Source: Octopus vulgaris | Taxonomy: Eukaryota | Reading direction: 5' to 3' | Assembly: GCA_951406725.2 (NCBI GenBank) | Contig: OX597839.1 | Coordinates: 3,472,001-3,536,000, forward strand | DNA length: 64,000 nt | In this document: one piece after another, positions 41,549 to 54,166 of the stretch | Layout of the letters: every line of letters begins with the position of its first letter | Position numbering within the stretch: the first letter of the stretch is position 1 | The notes under the pieces: model-generated | What the model saw: only the letters and a program-made list of their open reading frames with translations | What the model was told of the DNA's origin: nothing | Databases searched by the model: none | Made by a program: the position numbers and the translations under genes

Positions 41549-42096
41549 TGTTTTATGTTATATGATACATCTCTACTTAGATTCATAGAAGGCCTGCATG
41601 TATATGTATGTATGCATGTATGTATGTATGTATGTATGTATGTATGTATGTATGTATGTATGTATTTATGTATGTATGTATGTATGTATGTATGTATGTA
41701 TGTATGTATGTATGTATGTATGTATGCATGAGTGTATGTAGTACATACAGGCACAGGTGTGTGTGTGTGTGTGTGTGCGTGTTTGTACATTAACGTATCA
41801 TCATAAACTTAACATCTTCTTTTCTCTTCATGCACGGTTCGGTCAGACGAATCAATTTTCACTCATTTCTTAAACCAGGTAACGATTACTCTCCTCTCTC
41901 CTTCACACAACGAATGCACCAGTTTGTGGTGTCACGGATGACTGATTATAGACAAACGTGTTTGCGTGAATGGCTACGCTTCTGTTGTAATGTATCTCAC
42001 ATGCCAAGACAAGTCAAGAGTCGCTGACATGTCGGGGCAAGAAAATCGTGCCACCAGTTACACACACACACACACACACGCACGCACACACACACG

Positions 42097-42142
<46 letters not shown>

Positions 42143-42345
42143 ATGTCAACGTACGTGGACTGTTGGCGATTTTTCTTTTCTTATTCTTCCTTCTTTCTCT
42201 TTGGACTTTCCGGTTTCCGACGAAGAGCTATGCTCGAAATGTTATCAACCCTCACCCTTCACCGAGCGTCAAATTAATAGATTCCTTATACAGGTCTTCA
42301 CGTTCGTTTTTTTCTTTTTCTGTTTTTTAATTATTTGTTTATTTG

Positions 42346-42413
<68 letters not shown>

Positions 42414-42415
<2 letters not shown>

Positions 42416-42543
42416 CTTACTTGGAGAAAAGAAAAGAAACGAAACCACGCGAGGGCATTCAGTCATACAATAATTTAATAAATAAAATATATGCATACAT
42501 ACATACATATATGTACGTACCTACATCTACATGTATATATACA

Positions 42544-42601
<58 letters not shown>

Positions 42602-43442
42602 TACAGGACACCACAAATAGACGTAGAACTCAACGAGAAACGAAAACATAAAAACAAACATGGAAACGAACTTTTTTTAACAACGAAAAAACAGAGTACA
42701 AGACAAACAATACAAGGAATATTACATCCTTCATCAGCTGTCCCTGGTTCGACTCCATGCGTGTTTCGAAGGTAAGGACAGAACACGACCCGTCGAACTA
42801 GTCCTTCCTGCAAAAGAATTAAATAAAATTCCTTTGGAGAGGGGTAAAGACAAGGAAAGAAAAAAATGTGACAAGAACATGACGTAAAAGCAATACAAAT
42901 AAAAATACAAATACGAATACAAAAAAATACAGTACACATAAAGAATAAAAACAGGACAAGGAAACCAACATTGAGTGCCTTTTTTTAAGCCTAGACAATG
43001 GAAAATTTCAGAGCGCAAGAAAAAAGTCGTGTTGACCTGTTGAAGGCTGCGGGCGAAAGGAAGCTGGTCGACTCGGCAGTGAGAGAGATGAGGAGGAGTG
43101 AGAGAGAGAGAGAGAGAGAGAGATATAGAGAGAGAGAGGAAGGGAAACCAGAAAGGGTGAAAAATAAGACGGAGAGAGACAGGCAAAGAGGAAGACAGAC
43201 AGGAAGGAGGGAAAGGTCAAGCAAAGAGTTACAGAGTTTCGCGTCATAATTATATATAAAAACTTACTTGGAGAAAAGAAAAGAAACGAAACGACGCGAA
43301 GGCGCTCAGTCATACAATAATTTAATAAATAAAATATATGCATACATACATACATATATGTACGTACCTACATCTACATGTATATATACATGCATATCTA
43401 TCTATCTATCTATATATATATATCTATCTATCTATCTATCTA

Positions 43443-43496
<54 letters not shown>

Positions 43497-43514
43497 TACA
43501 GGACACCACAAATA
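42414..43514. mobile_element. ~850-bp non-coding element with terminal direct repeat
   Basis: 42414-42618 is repeated at 43261-43514 (AACTTACTTGGAGAAAAG...GAGTACAGGACACCACAAATA). Confidence 0.75.
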
Positions 43515-43685
43515 CCGGTTGCGCATTTGTTATGCTTATCAAAAGATATTTTTTTAAGAGAGATAGAGTTCCTTTCTGATAGATTTTTTTTCTCTTATCT
43601 GATAAGAGAAAAAAATCTATCAGAAAGGAACTCTATCTCTCTTAAAAAATATCTTTTGATAAGCATAACAAATGCGCAACCGGTA
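43513..43685. repeat. Near-perfect palindrome, ~86-bp arms, 1-nt centre
   Basis: The arms differ only in homopolymer length; centre at 43600. Confidence 0.95.
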
Positions 43686-43959
43686 AAAAGAACTTTCACC
43701 TAATTAAATACACTCTCCCTTACTTAAATTATTTTGTCAGCATTTTCTTCATTTCCTTTTTTTATATATCACAACTCGTGTTCCACATCTCCTTTTTTAA
43801 ATATATATATATATATATATACATATGTATATATACATATGTATATATACATGTAGAAGTAGGTACGTACATATATGTATGTATGTATGCATATATTTTA
43901 TTTATTAAATTATATGTATATATATATATATATATATTGTTGAGCTGTTACTCCTTATA

Positions 43960-44160
43960 TATTTTTCTCTCCCCGTTTATTTATTTACTTTGTTTTTTGT
44001 TTTTTTCGTTCGCTCCATTTTTTTCCTCTGAATCCTTTCTGTTGAAGAGCGTAGGCTCGAAACGTAAAAGACCTTTTCGTTCTCTTTTAGGAGTTAAACT
44101 AATACACTTGTTCGTTGTTCCCTCACCTGCCTTAGTCTTTTGCTTTCTATAAATTTGAAC
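43960..44160 (+). mobile_element. Hammerhead-like element (motif 44034-44071)
   Basis: Diverged member of the 8582-8748 family. Confidence 0.65.
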
Positions 44161-44194
<34 letters not shown>

Positions 44195-44201
<7 letters not shown>

Positions 44202-44389
44202 ATGTTGAAAAGTTCCTGGCTTTGGGTAACATAAAATACAAGTGGATCCATTGATTATGATTTTATTTAGCACATTCCCCTCTCAGATTCACACACTTAC
44301 TGCAGCCGTCCTTCAGTGTTTTTCTAACCCCTGTAAAAGAACTCGGAAGGTTGGACCCTTAAAACCAGGAACTTTCCAGCAGTCCCTCG
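44195..44389. mobile_element. Mariner-derived MITE
   Basis: TIRs CGAGGGGATGTTGAAAAGTTCCTGGCTTT / AAAACCAGGAACTTTCCAGCAGTCCCTCG-TA. Confidence 0.8.
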
Positions 44390-44461
44390 TAAATATATAC
44401 ATGTATGTATGTATGTATGTATGTATGTATGTATGTATGTATGTGTGTGTATATATATATA

Positions 44462-44632
44462 TTTCTCTTCTTTTTTTCTCTCCTTGTTTTTTTTCTTTCT
44501 GTGTCCCTTTCTGTAGAAGAGCGTAGGCTCGAAACGTAAAATACTTTTTCTATTCCTGAGTGTTATACTAATACATCTGTTTGTTTTGTACACCACCTGT
44601 CTTCGTCTTTTGTTTTTTTCGTAAACTCTCCC
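44462..44632 (+). mobile_element. (TA)n-embedded hammerhead-like element (motif 44506-44543)
   Basis: Close copy of 8582-8748. Confidence 0.7.
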
Positions 44633-44661
44633 TATATATAAATATATATATATACATATAC

Positions 44662-44738
<77 letters not shown>

Positions 44739-46007
44739 CGAGGGGCGTTCAATAAGTAATGCCTCTGACCCACTTGTTTGATCTAGTTGAAATTTTGCAT
44801 GTTCAATTATTTATATCTCTATAGATTAAGTGGCAAATTACAGCTCCGAACTAATTGTGGTTTCTGATTTATATGTGTTTGAAATGAGTCAAGTGGTAAA
44901 TGGAGCTTGTTGAGTGTCGAGCAGTGATCCGGTTTTTGTATTTGAAATGACGCACACCACAGGAGACTTTTGATGAAATGAAAGTAACTTATGGTGATGA
45001 TGCCCCATCATATGGCCTTGTAAAACGCTGGCATCGTGAATTCAAACATGGTCGGAATTCTGTGGAAACAGCTCCCAGATCTGGTCGCACCCCTTCTGCC
45101 ATTGATGAGGCATCTGTCCCTCAAGTTGCGGCTGCCATTTTGGAATATCGACGCATAACTATTCGCCAAATAGCCCATGAGGTCAAGATTAGTACCGGGT
45201 CTGTGGAAACTATCATTCATGACCATTTGCATATGCAAAAGGTGTCTGTCAGATGGATTCCCAGGTTGCTCACACTTTTCCAGAAGTAAGAACGCGCCGA
45301 GTGCTCGAGGATGAATTTAGGGATGTGCCAAGAAGATGAGTCAAAATTTTTCAAAAGACTAATTACACAGGATGAGACCTGGGTCCATCACTATGATCCA
45401 GAGACCAAAGCCCAGTCAATGCAGTGGAAGCACCATGACTCACCTCCTCCAAAAAAGGCAAGGGTGCAGCCCTCCGCTGGCAAGATCATGCTCACAGTCT
45501 TCTGGGACCAGGAAGGAGTAGTGATGACAGATTTCCTGGCAAAGGGTACCACATTTACAGGAGCTTATCATGCTTCACTTTTGAGGAAATTAAGAGAAGC
45601 TATCAAAACCAAGAGGCGGGGTAAGATCAGCAAAGGCATCCTTCTCCTGCAGGACAACGCTCGGGTCCACAACTCGCGTGTTGCCAGATCAGAAGCACAG
45701 GCTTCCCCCATCCCCCTACACTCCTGACTTTGCACCCTCTGATTTTCACCTCTTCCCAACCATGAAGTTGTTTTTGAAAGGAAAGCGTTTCCCAGATGAT
45801 GCAGCCTTGATTTCTGAAGTCACGTCGTGGTTGGAGGACCAAGCTGGGGTCTTCTACGAAAACGGTCTCCAGAGCTGCATCAAACGATGGGAGAAATGCG
45901 TAACTCTGGGTTTTTCCTATGCTGAAAAAGACTAATACCTGTGCCAAGTTTCGTTGCTCTACTGCTATGGGAAGTGGGTCAGGGGCATTACTTATTGAAC
46001 GCCCCTC

Positions 46008-46008
<1 letters not shown>
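44739..46008 (+). mobile_element. Full-length mariner transposon, inactive
   Basis: ~37-bp TIRs CGAGGGGCGTTCAATAAGTAATGCCyCTGACCCACTT, TA duplication, 1270 bp. Confidence 0.95.
44900..45935 (+). pseudogene. Mariner D,D34D transposase pseudogene (irritans-like)
   Basis: MELVECRAVIRFL, WIPRLL, TQDETWVHHYDPETK, LLQDNA, PYTPDFAPSDFHLF. Two in-frame stops and a frameshifting deletion near 45700. Confidence 0.92.
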
Positions 46009-46045
<37 letters not shown>

Positions 46046-46395
46046 GAATATATAATTCTGTGTCTATAAGTGTACATATATTTGTATATATACGTCTGTA
46101 CAGACGCATGCAAAATGAACATACGCATACACACTCATTGTTTTTAAAACTTTTAATTAAAAGTATTAATTAAGGCTTTTACTTAAAAGTATTATTTTAG
46201 AACATCGCTTAAATACCAACGCAGTTTCATGACTTCGATTGTATGGAGTTGATGCCGTTTTTGTAATATTAACGAAAACCAGAAATGAAATTCAAAGACG
46301 CGAGCTTAAAGCAACTGTTTTCGCACGTATCTTTCACAAAGGTTTTAAACAAAAGAACATACGAAAAAGCATTTTCTTCAAACATTTATTTTATA

Positions 46396-46907
46396 CTAGC
46401 AGTATCGCCCGGCGTTGCTCGGGTTTGTAAGGGAAATAACTATATAAACATTTTTAGAGAGTTACTTCCCTTATAGATGCCAATTCGGGCTTTCTTAGCC
46501 ATTTCTGTTTTGGTGTCTTCAAGCCATGAAGTCGTTGTTCTAAAAGAACGCTGGTCTCCTTGACAACGCTTTACGACGTTGATTTCCTTACACTCCCTTC
46601 CCCACAACTTCACGAGGGAGGGAAGAAGGGGGAGAATCAAACAGGTGCAGGTGTGACCATGGACGCCAACTCTGCCGCCATCGACACACGAAAAATTATG
46701 CATTAAAATGGAATAAAAAATGATGTTAAATTATTTTAAAAATCGTAGACTCATCGTAGACGCGCGCTAATACTCAGACGGGCTCGATATGAATCAGACT
46801 ATAAGATACCCGAATTTGGTTAAACTGCACCGCAAAATGTGGGAGTAGTTAGGAATCTAAATCGAAGGGGACAGACACTCACACAACTACAGTTTTATAT
46901 ATATAGA
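46396..46907 (-). mobile_element. Non-autonomous Helitron
   Basis: 5' TCTATATATATAAAA, 3' hairpin + CTAG, A|T insertion. Ends match 996-1785; the interior differs. Confidence 0.8.
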
Positions 46908-47263
46908 TTTCAAAAAAATATTCAGACTGAATATTCAAAAGAAAACCAGGTTCGAATTACCAGCCGATGATCGGAAACGAGCAACAAGGAGTCCTGGAAA
47001 TCAGAGACATACAGTTATAATGTAGTAATGAACACTCAACATTTCTATTGAGTCCTGTAATATATTGCTTCTGGTGAATCTTTTATCTTTTACTTGTTTC
47101 AGTCAGTGAATGAATTTGGGAGACGGAAATTAAAAGCAAATAGAGACTCGGACATTGCTTAGAAAATAATATTCATTTTTAACCTCGTATTATAGTACGC
47201 ACTAGGGATTTTGACCTTTACATTTTTTGGGGGAAATGCGGATTATAGTCGAGGATTTACGGT

Positions 47264-47352
47264 ATTCCTGATGAAGGGGACATTGTCAGTGTGAAACTAA
47301 AGGATTCATACCTTGTTGGCTAATGGACTCCAGAAACGGCCGTCGAATTGCC
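47264..47352 (+). ncRNA. Candidate type I hammerhead ribozyme with long stem II
   Basis: ATTC-CTGATGA-[58-nt imperfect hairpin]-GAAAC-GGCC-GTC-GAAT. Confidence 0.65.
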
Positions 47353-47593
47353 TCACATATGACGTTATAACCCTCTATAAACATTTCTTCGGAACTCCTC
47401 TAAACTTCTAAAGCCATCATTTGGATTTCTCACTATCTTACAACTTTTAATCCTTAATTTAACGTTTTTTAATCTTAACATGATTTTTAATCGATATATT
47501 GCCCTTTGTTTATTTATCCTTTTCACGTATATTTTTACCTCGTATAATTTTTATATCTATTCTAAATAGTATATAGATATTACAGTTCTATAT

Positions 47594-47765
47594 TAAAGAG
47601 ATGAGGAATTATGTACATTATTTACATTATTCACATTTGACGGATATTTGTCCTCATCTTGTTTGTTGTTAACACATTTCGGCTGATATACCCACCAGCC
47701 TTCATCAGGTGTCTTGGGGAAATTTCGAATCAGGGTTCTCATTCCTAAGGTATTTTTCGATGTTG
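47594..47765 (-). mobile_element. Short hammerhead-bearing repeat (motif 47672-47714)
   Basis: Minus strand: GACAC-CTGATGA-A-GGCTG-10 nt-CAGCC-GAAA-T-GTGTT. The downstream part is also at 12943-13005 (+), where AACGTT-GTGTT is intact. Confidence 0.65.
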
Positions 47766-47791
47766 TTGTTGTTATTATTATTATTATTATT

Positions 47792-47897
<106 letters not shown>

Positions 47898-47944
47898 TCA
47901 CTGCCTGGAATTGAACTCGGAATTCTGAGGTTACCACTACGCCA

Positions 47945-48220
47945 TATGCCATAAGATGCTCGGATTGCCACCAAAACTACATAGGGTCCACGGGATTATC
48001 GCTCAGACGCAGATGCATTCTGCATCGACAACAGATTGCATTCCCAGAATACAGAATGATACCCTTTAGTGAACATATTGAGAAATGCGCAAAGCAACTA
48101 CTACCACAATTTTTAATCTTTCCATTCTATTAATGTGTAATTGGAACACCAACACAAATTAGATTAACCAAAGAAACATTCTTCATTGAAAAATATAAAC
48201 CAAAACTAAACCATTTCTAA
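47945..48220 (+). pseudogene. Penelope-like element GIY-YIG endonuclease relic
   Basis: Hand translation: YAIRCSDCHQNYIGSTGLSLRRRCILHRQQI...SEHIEKC...RLTKETFFIEKYKPKLNHF*, with CxxC, YIG, conserved R/H/E/N and one internal stop. Absent from the ORF track. Confidence 0.85.
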
Positions 48221-49112
48221 CATTTTTATACAAGGAAACTCATCTCATTGAAAAAAATATAAAGCGATTATCTCCCTTATACCGGAAGAAATCCCTGATT
48301 ACCTTCCCCTGCCTGGAACTCTTCACTTCATAGCGAAGACATGACACGATATAGGTAAAGAAATTTGAGAAATTTGAAAAGAAATTACGAAACCGATTAT
48401 TTCTCCAAAAACTATGTTACTATACACACAATTTTATAACATTTTTCTAACATAACGACTTAAATATATTCTTTAACCTTATAACACAAGCCTTCTGTAG
48501 TTTTTTCCACTCTTTTTTTTATTTTTTATATAAATATATATTACTTGTTTCAGTCATTTGACTGCTGCCATGCTGGAGCACCGCCTTTAGTCGAAACAAT
48601 CGACCCCTGGACTTATTCTTTGTAAGCCTAGTACTTATTCTATCGGGCCCTTTTTGCCGAGCCGCTAAGTTACGGGGGACGTAAACACACCAGCATCAGT
48701 TGTCCTACCTAAAGTATATTGTTTATTGAAGATTTAAGATACTTAAAACCTTTAGATCTACAAAATATAATAACTATAACACGTACGAAATTTATGTATT
48801 ACGTAAATAATACTATAAAACATTGTAAGAATGCACATATTATCGTTGAATTCTTTATTAGTAAAACGGTAGTTATTTATTCAAATTATATATAATTAAG
48901 TAATGTTTAAAGTGTATTCTAAGCTAATTATATGCATTTAACGCTACTAATCATCACTAAAATTGGTAACTTTTCATGGGTTTAATTAAAACAATACATT
49001 ATCTAAACTTGTGGATAAACGCTGTTGGCGTTCCTTCCATGTTACCATAGCTTGGATATGGGATACAGAGTTTGCGTGCATATTTTAACCTTTGTTTTTT
49101 TCTTTTGCATGA

Positions 49113-49527
49113 TGCAGGAGTGGCTGTATGGTAAGTAGCTTGCTAACCAACCACATGGTTCCGGGTTCAGTCTCACTGCGTGGCATCTTGGGCAAGTGTC
49201 TTCTACTATAGCCCCGGGCCGACCAATGCCTTGTGAGTGGATTTGGCAGACGGAAACTGAAAGAAGCCTGTCGTATATATGTATATATATATATGTGTGT
49301 GTGTGTGTGTTTCTATGTCTGTGTTTGTCCCCCTAGCATTGCTTGACAACCGATGCTGGTGTGTTTACGTCCCCGTCACTTAGCGGTTCGGCAAAAGAGA
49401 CCGATAGAATAAGTACTGGGCTTACAAAGAATAAGTCCCGGGGTCGATTTGCTCGACTAAAGGCGGTGCTCCAGCATGGCCGCAGTCAAATGACTGAAAC
49501 AAGTAAAAGAATGAAAGAATAAAAGAA
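49113..49527 (+). mobile_element. SINE family A (young, full length)
   Basis: Nearly identical to 1042-1435. Confidence 0.88.
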
Positions 49528-49832
49528 ATGCCAATTAGAATATCCATTTTTAATAAAACAAGTATCAGCTTGAGCAGATACTTTGAATTCCATTAGCTTT
49601 GAGTCTTTCTCTAATGTGTACTGGAATAATTTCATGAAAAGCCCACAAGGCTACGTATCATCTTCCGAATAAAGATCCTGAAAAGCTTCATTTTCGTTTC
49701 CTCGAAAAGGCAATTCGTTTACACAAAGAAAATGAACAATATCAACAATGGAACTGATATAATAACGGTTTTTGCTCAACGGATCCTTTTACAAGATTGA
49801 AGACACGGATGTTGGCGTTCCTTCCATGTTAC

Positions 49833-50066
49833 CTATTTCTTTATTACCCACAAGGGGCTAAACATAGAAAGGACAAACAAGGAGAGACATAGGTATTAAG
49901 TCGATTACATCGACCCCAGTTCGTAACTGGTACTTAATTCATCGACCCCGAAACGATGAAAGGCAAAGTCGACCTCGGCGGAATTTGAACTCACAACGTA
50001 ACGACAGACGAAATACGGCTACGCATTTCGCCCAGCGTGCTAACGATTCTGCCAGCTCGCCGCCTT
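49833..50066 (-). mobile_element. SINE family B with TSD
   Basis: Flanking CCTTCCATGTTACC / CCTTTCATGTTACC. Confidence 0.85.
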
Positions 50067-50252
50067 TCCTTTCATGTTACCATAGCTTGGATACGGGATG
50101 CAGAGTGCGTGATTATTAAAACCTTTGTTTGTTTTTTCTTTTGCAGGATGCCAATTAGAATATCCATTTTTAATAAAACAAGTATCAGCTTGAGCAGAAG
50201 TATTAAAGTGCCGACAAGCAAAAACAAAACACGGCTTTCTTTGAAAGAGAAT

Positions 50253-50640
50253 GGATGGAAGCACTCCGTCGGTTACGACGACGAGGGTTCCGGTTGATCT
50301 GAATCAACGGAACAGCCTGCTCGTTAAATTAACATGTAAGTGGCTGAGCACTCCACAGACACGTGTACCCTTAACGTAGTTCTCGGGGATATTCAGCGTG
50401 ACACAGAGAGTGACAAGGCCGGCCCCTTGAAATACAGGTACAACAGAAACAGGAAGTAAGAGTGAGAGAAAGTTGTGGTGAAAGAGTACAGCAGGGATCA
50501 CCACCATCCACTGCCGGAGCCTCGTGGAGCTCTAGGTGTTTTCGCTCAATAAACACTCACAACGCCCGGTCTGGGAATCGAAACCGCGATCCTATGACCG
50601 CGAGTCCGCTGCCCTAACCACTGGGCCATTGCGCCTCCAC
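50253..50640 (-). mobile_element. SINE family C with 12-bp TSD
   Basis: TSD TTGAAAGAGAAT at 50241-50252 and 50641-50652. Confidence 0.9.
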
Positions 50641-51499
50641 TTGAAAGAGAATATTCTAACCATAAACGACCAGTATACCAGCTTGACGAGAAGTCACGTC
50701 TCTGATTTGCATAAATTTTTGGATCAAACTTTGCTAGAACTGGCTGCACTGGTTGGCAGTCGACCTGTCGTAGATCATCCAATGAGGGTGTCAAAGACTT
50801 TGCAAGACCTCCTTTGAGCTGCGAAACTTCGTTTGTAATTCTCTTCTGCTTAGCATTATTAGATGAATCAGATTGGAAATTCAGTAATGATTGCTTCAGT
50901 TTTCTTTTTTGGTATTCATTCATTATTTCTGGGCACTGATATTCGCAATAATTAATTCTAAGGTAGAATATCGTAGCAAGAGTAACAATTTCTTAAAATT
51001 TATGTATTTCTAATTTAACTCGAAAGAGATTTGGTTCAAGCAATTTTTTTTTTGTCAATTTCTTCAACGTTATGCTTTTTTAGTTAAACACAAAATAATT
51101 TCAGTATAAACTTTGTTCAAAGAGTAAGAAAAATTATTCAGTGAAAGTTTTCACCTAAAAAATACTTTCTGAATGTATATTTTGGAATATTTCAGAAATT
51201 TTCCTTTCCTTTTTCGCGAATAATAAATCCTCTCTGACTAATAGAAATAAAATGACTAGGAAAAGATCCCAAACATTTATTTGGGGAAATCTCAAAAATT
51301 TTCTTTCCTTTTTCGCGAATAATAATCCCCTCTGACTAATAGAAATAAAATGACTTTTTAATGTCCGTCTTTGTTCATATATATATACGTGTGTAGTGAT
51401 GCGTTTACTACCATAAATCTCTAACTACAGTAACAATTCTTCACATATTTTTCAACAGCAACAAGGACAATTACCAGCACCGCCATTGCCACTTGAACT

Positions 51500-52957
51500 C
51501 TCCTGAGCACGCGCATTATGTTTTAACATTCTAGATCACTTCTGTTGTTTACAGCTGTGCTTGGAAGGAAGGTGTGTAGCGAGTGATCGTCGCATTGACC
51601 ATGACAGAGAAAGTTGTCATGGCGATACCTGCTCAGAGGCTTAGGCAAAGTTGCAGAGATTACATGGAGACGAGAGCATTTGTCGCACACAAGTGAAGAA
51701 GTGGTTCAGACGTTTCCAAGATGGCCGAAAAATGTTGATATTGACGAACGTTCTGGGAGACCCGCAACCAAGAGAACTGAAAAATCATTGCAGATGTGCG
51801 TGCAACTGTGAGGGGAAGTCGTCGAATCACCATCCGTGAATTATCAGAGGATGTGCAGATTAGTTACAGTTCAGTTCAGTCCATTATCACTGAAGATTTG
51901 GGTATGAGACGCGTGTCTGCCAAGTTTATGCCAAAATTGCTCTCAGCGGACGAAAAAGACACTTGGGTTTCAGTTTTACAAGATCTTGATTGTGTCGAGA
52001 ACGAACGAAACTTTTTGAAAACTTTGTGTAGGCCTCCGAGCAGGTATCACCAAGGCTTTTGGTAAAATTTGATGCAGATTCTCTGATCAACTTTCTCTGT
52101 CATGGTCAATGCAACGATCACACACTACATATCTTCCCTCCATGTAGCGGAAGTGAGCTTGAACGTTAAAACTTAGTGTGCATGCGCAGCAGCGTTCATG
52201 GTCAATCTGTTCCAAGCAACTTCACATTGCGTGTATAGTGTGTGATTGCTGCATTGACCATGGCAGAAAGTTGAGCAGAGAATCTGCATCAAATTTTGCC
52301 AAAAGCTTGACGCTACCGGCTCAGAGGCCTACGCAAAGTTTTCAAAAAGGTTTTCATCGTTCTCAACTCAATCAAGATCTTGTGCAACAGAAATCCGAGT
52401 GTCTTTTTGGTCAGCTGAAGGCAATTTTGGCACAAACTTGCAGACACGCGTCTCATACCCAAATTTCCAGGATAATGGACTGAACTGAACCGTAACTAAT
52501 CTGCACATCCTCTAATAACTCAGGGGTGGGAATTCGAGGATTTCCTCTCACGGCTACATACACATCTGCAATGTTTTATGCAGTTCTGCTGGTTGCAGGC
52601 CTCCCAGAATGTTCTTCAATATCGACATTTTTTCGTCCATCTTAGAAACGTCTGAACCACTCGTACACTTGTATGCGGCTCATACACTCCTCTCCATGCA
52701 CTCTCTGCAATTTTTCCTAAGCCTCTGAGCAGGTATCGCCATAACAACTTTCTCTGCCAGGGTCAATGCGACGACCATACGCTACACACCTTCCTTCCAA
52801 GCATTGCTGTAAACAGCGAAAGTAAGTTAGGATTTAAAAACTTAGTGTGCATGCACAGCAAAGTTCAAGGTCAATCTTTTCCAAGCAGCTTCACTCTGCG
52901 TGCTTTAGCTTCGTTACTATGGAAACAGTCCGGATACTTATTGATGCGACCTCATAC
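51500..52957. mobile_element. Rearranged mariner fragments in alternating orientation
   Basis: ITIRELSEDVQIS...LGMRRVSAKFMPKLL on +, its reverse complement at 52370-52890, TIR-like end at 52925-52957; another piece at 59695-59870. Confidence 0.8.
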
Positions 52958-53239
52958 TCGTTCTTCACTTGTTTATTATTGCTCTTATTTTATCTTATGT
53001 CACGTGGCTGTCTGCTGACAACTTTTTCCGCCATATACACCCAAATCTTTCTGCTCTTTTCACAGCTACACCAGGTTCGGAATATTACTTTCTGGTCTGT
53101 ATGTTACGATACACATTCATGGCTTCCAAAAGCAAAAGCCGTTTGTTTACATATACGTTTATGCATTTGTTTCGCAAGATTCCTGATGTGAAATCGTGTG
53201 TCGAAACAGATACTGTTGTATTTCGGGATGGTCGGAGTG

Positions 53240-53620
53240 GGCATGTGGTAAGTAGCTTGCTTACCAACCACATGGTTCCGGGTTCAGCCCCACTGTGTGG
53301 CACCTAGGGCAAGTGTCTTCTACTATAGCCTCGGGCCGACCAAAGCCTTGTGAGTGGATTTGGTAGACGGAAACTGAAAGAAGCCCGTCGGATATATGCA
53401 TATATATATATGTGTGTGTTTGTGTTTGTCTCCCAAGCATCGCTTGACAGCCGATAGAGGTGTGTTTACGTCCACGTAACTTAGCGGTTCGGCAAAAGAG
53501 GCCGATAGAATAAGTACTAGGCTTACAAAGAATAAGTCCTGGGGTCGATTTGCACGACTAAAGGCGGTGCTCCAGCATTACCGCAGTCAGATTAATGAAA
53601 GAAGTAAAAGAGTAAAGAGA
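53240..53620 (+). mobile_element. SINE family A
   Basis: Homology to family A. Confidence 0.8.
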
Positions 53621-54115
53621 GAGAGAGAGAAAGAGAAAGAGAGTAAATAAACACGTTATGTATTCGTTCTTCATTCGTTTATTACTGACCTTGTTTTATC
53701 CTATGTCCATCGTCTCCGAAAGGTTTCCGGACAATGGACATAGAATATGATAAGAACAGTAATAAAAGAGTGAAGAACGAATATACAGTGCATGTGTTTA
53801 TTTGGCAATAAAAACATGACCGTCCCGAAATATAAAACTATAAAAATATATATTATTTTTTTTTTTTGTCTTGTACATGTTTCAGTCGTTACACTACGAC
53901 CATGCTGGGGCACCGCCTTCAACAATTTTTGATCGAATGTATCTACTCCGGACCTTATTTTTCTTTTGAGTGTAGTACATATTCTATCGATCTATCGATC
54001 ACTTTTGTCAAACTGCTAAGTTACGGGCACGTAGACACAGCGGCATCGGTTGTCAAGCGGTGGTGGGAGGATAAACATAGACATAAAGACACAGACAGAC
54101 ACACACAGACAGACA

Positions 54116-54166
<51 letters not shown>

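Larger units (their letters stand above)
49000..50930 (-). mobile_element. hAT (ZMYM/Tip100-like) transposase relic with TTF-type zinc finger, split by three SINEs
   Basis: RDFSSSWYTGRLWLEYSL | VFACRHF...FIKNGYSNWH; the parts rejoin across the SINE TSD. Confidence 0.7.

Noticed and set aside
42715-42775. Type II (permuted) hammerhead in the terminally redundant element (also 31209-31258)
   Set aside because: GAAAC and CUGA(U/A)GA are present, but the triplet is NUG and stems I and II do not pair canonically.
44900-45935. Active or domesticated mariner transposase
   Set aside because: Two premature stops and a frameshifting deletion between the catalytic aspartates.
53701-53743. Hairpin TATGTCCAT..GTC/GAC..ATGGACATA (mirrored at 56179-56220)
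   Set aside because: No ribozyme core; its recurrence is explained by the local inverted duplication.
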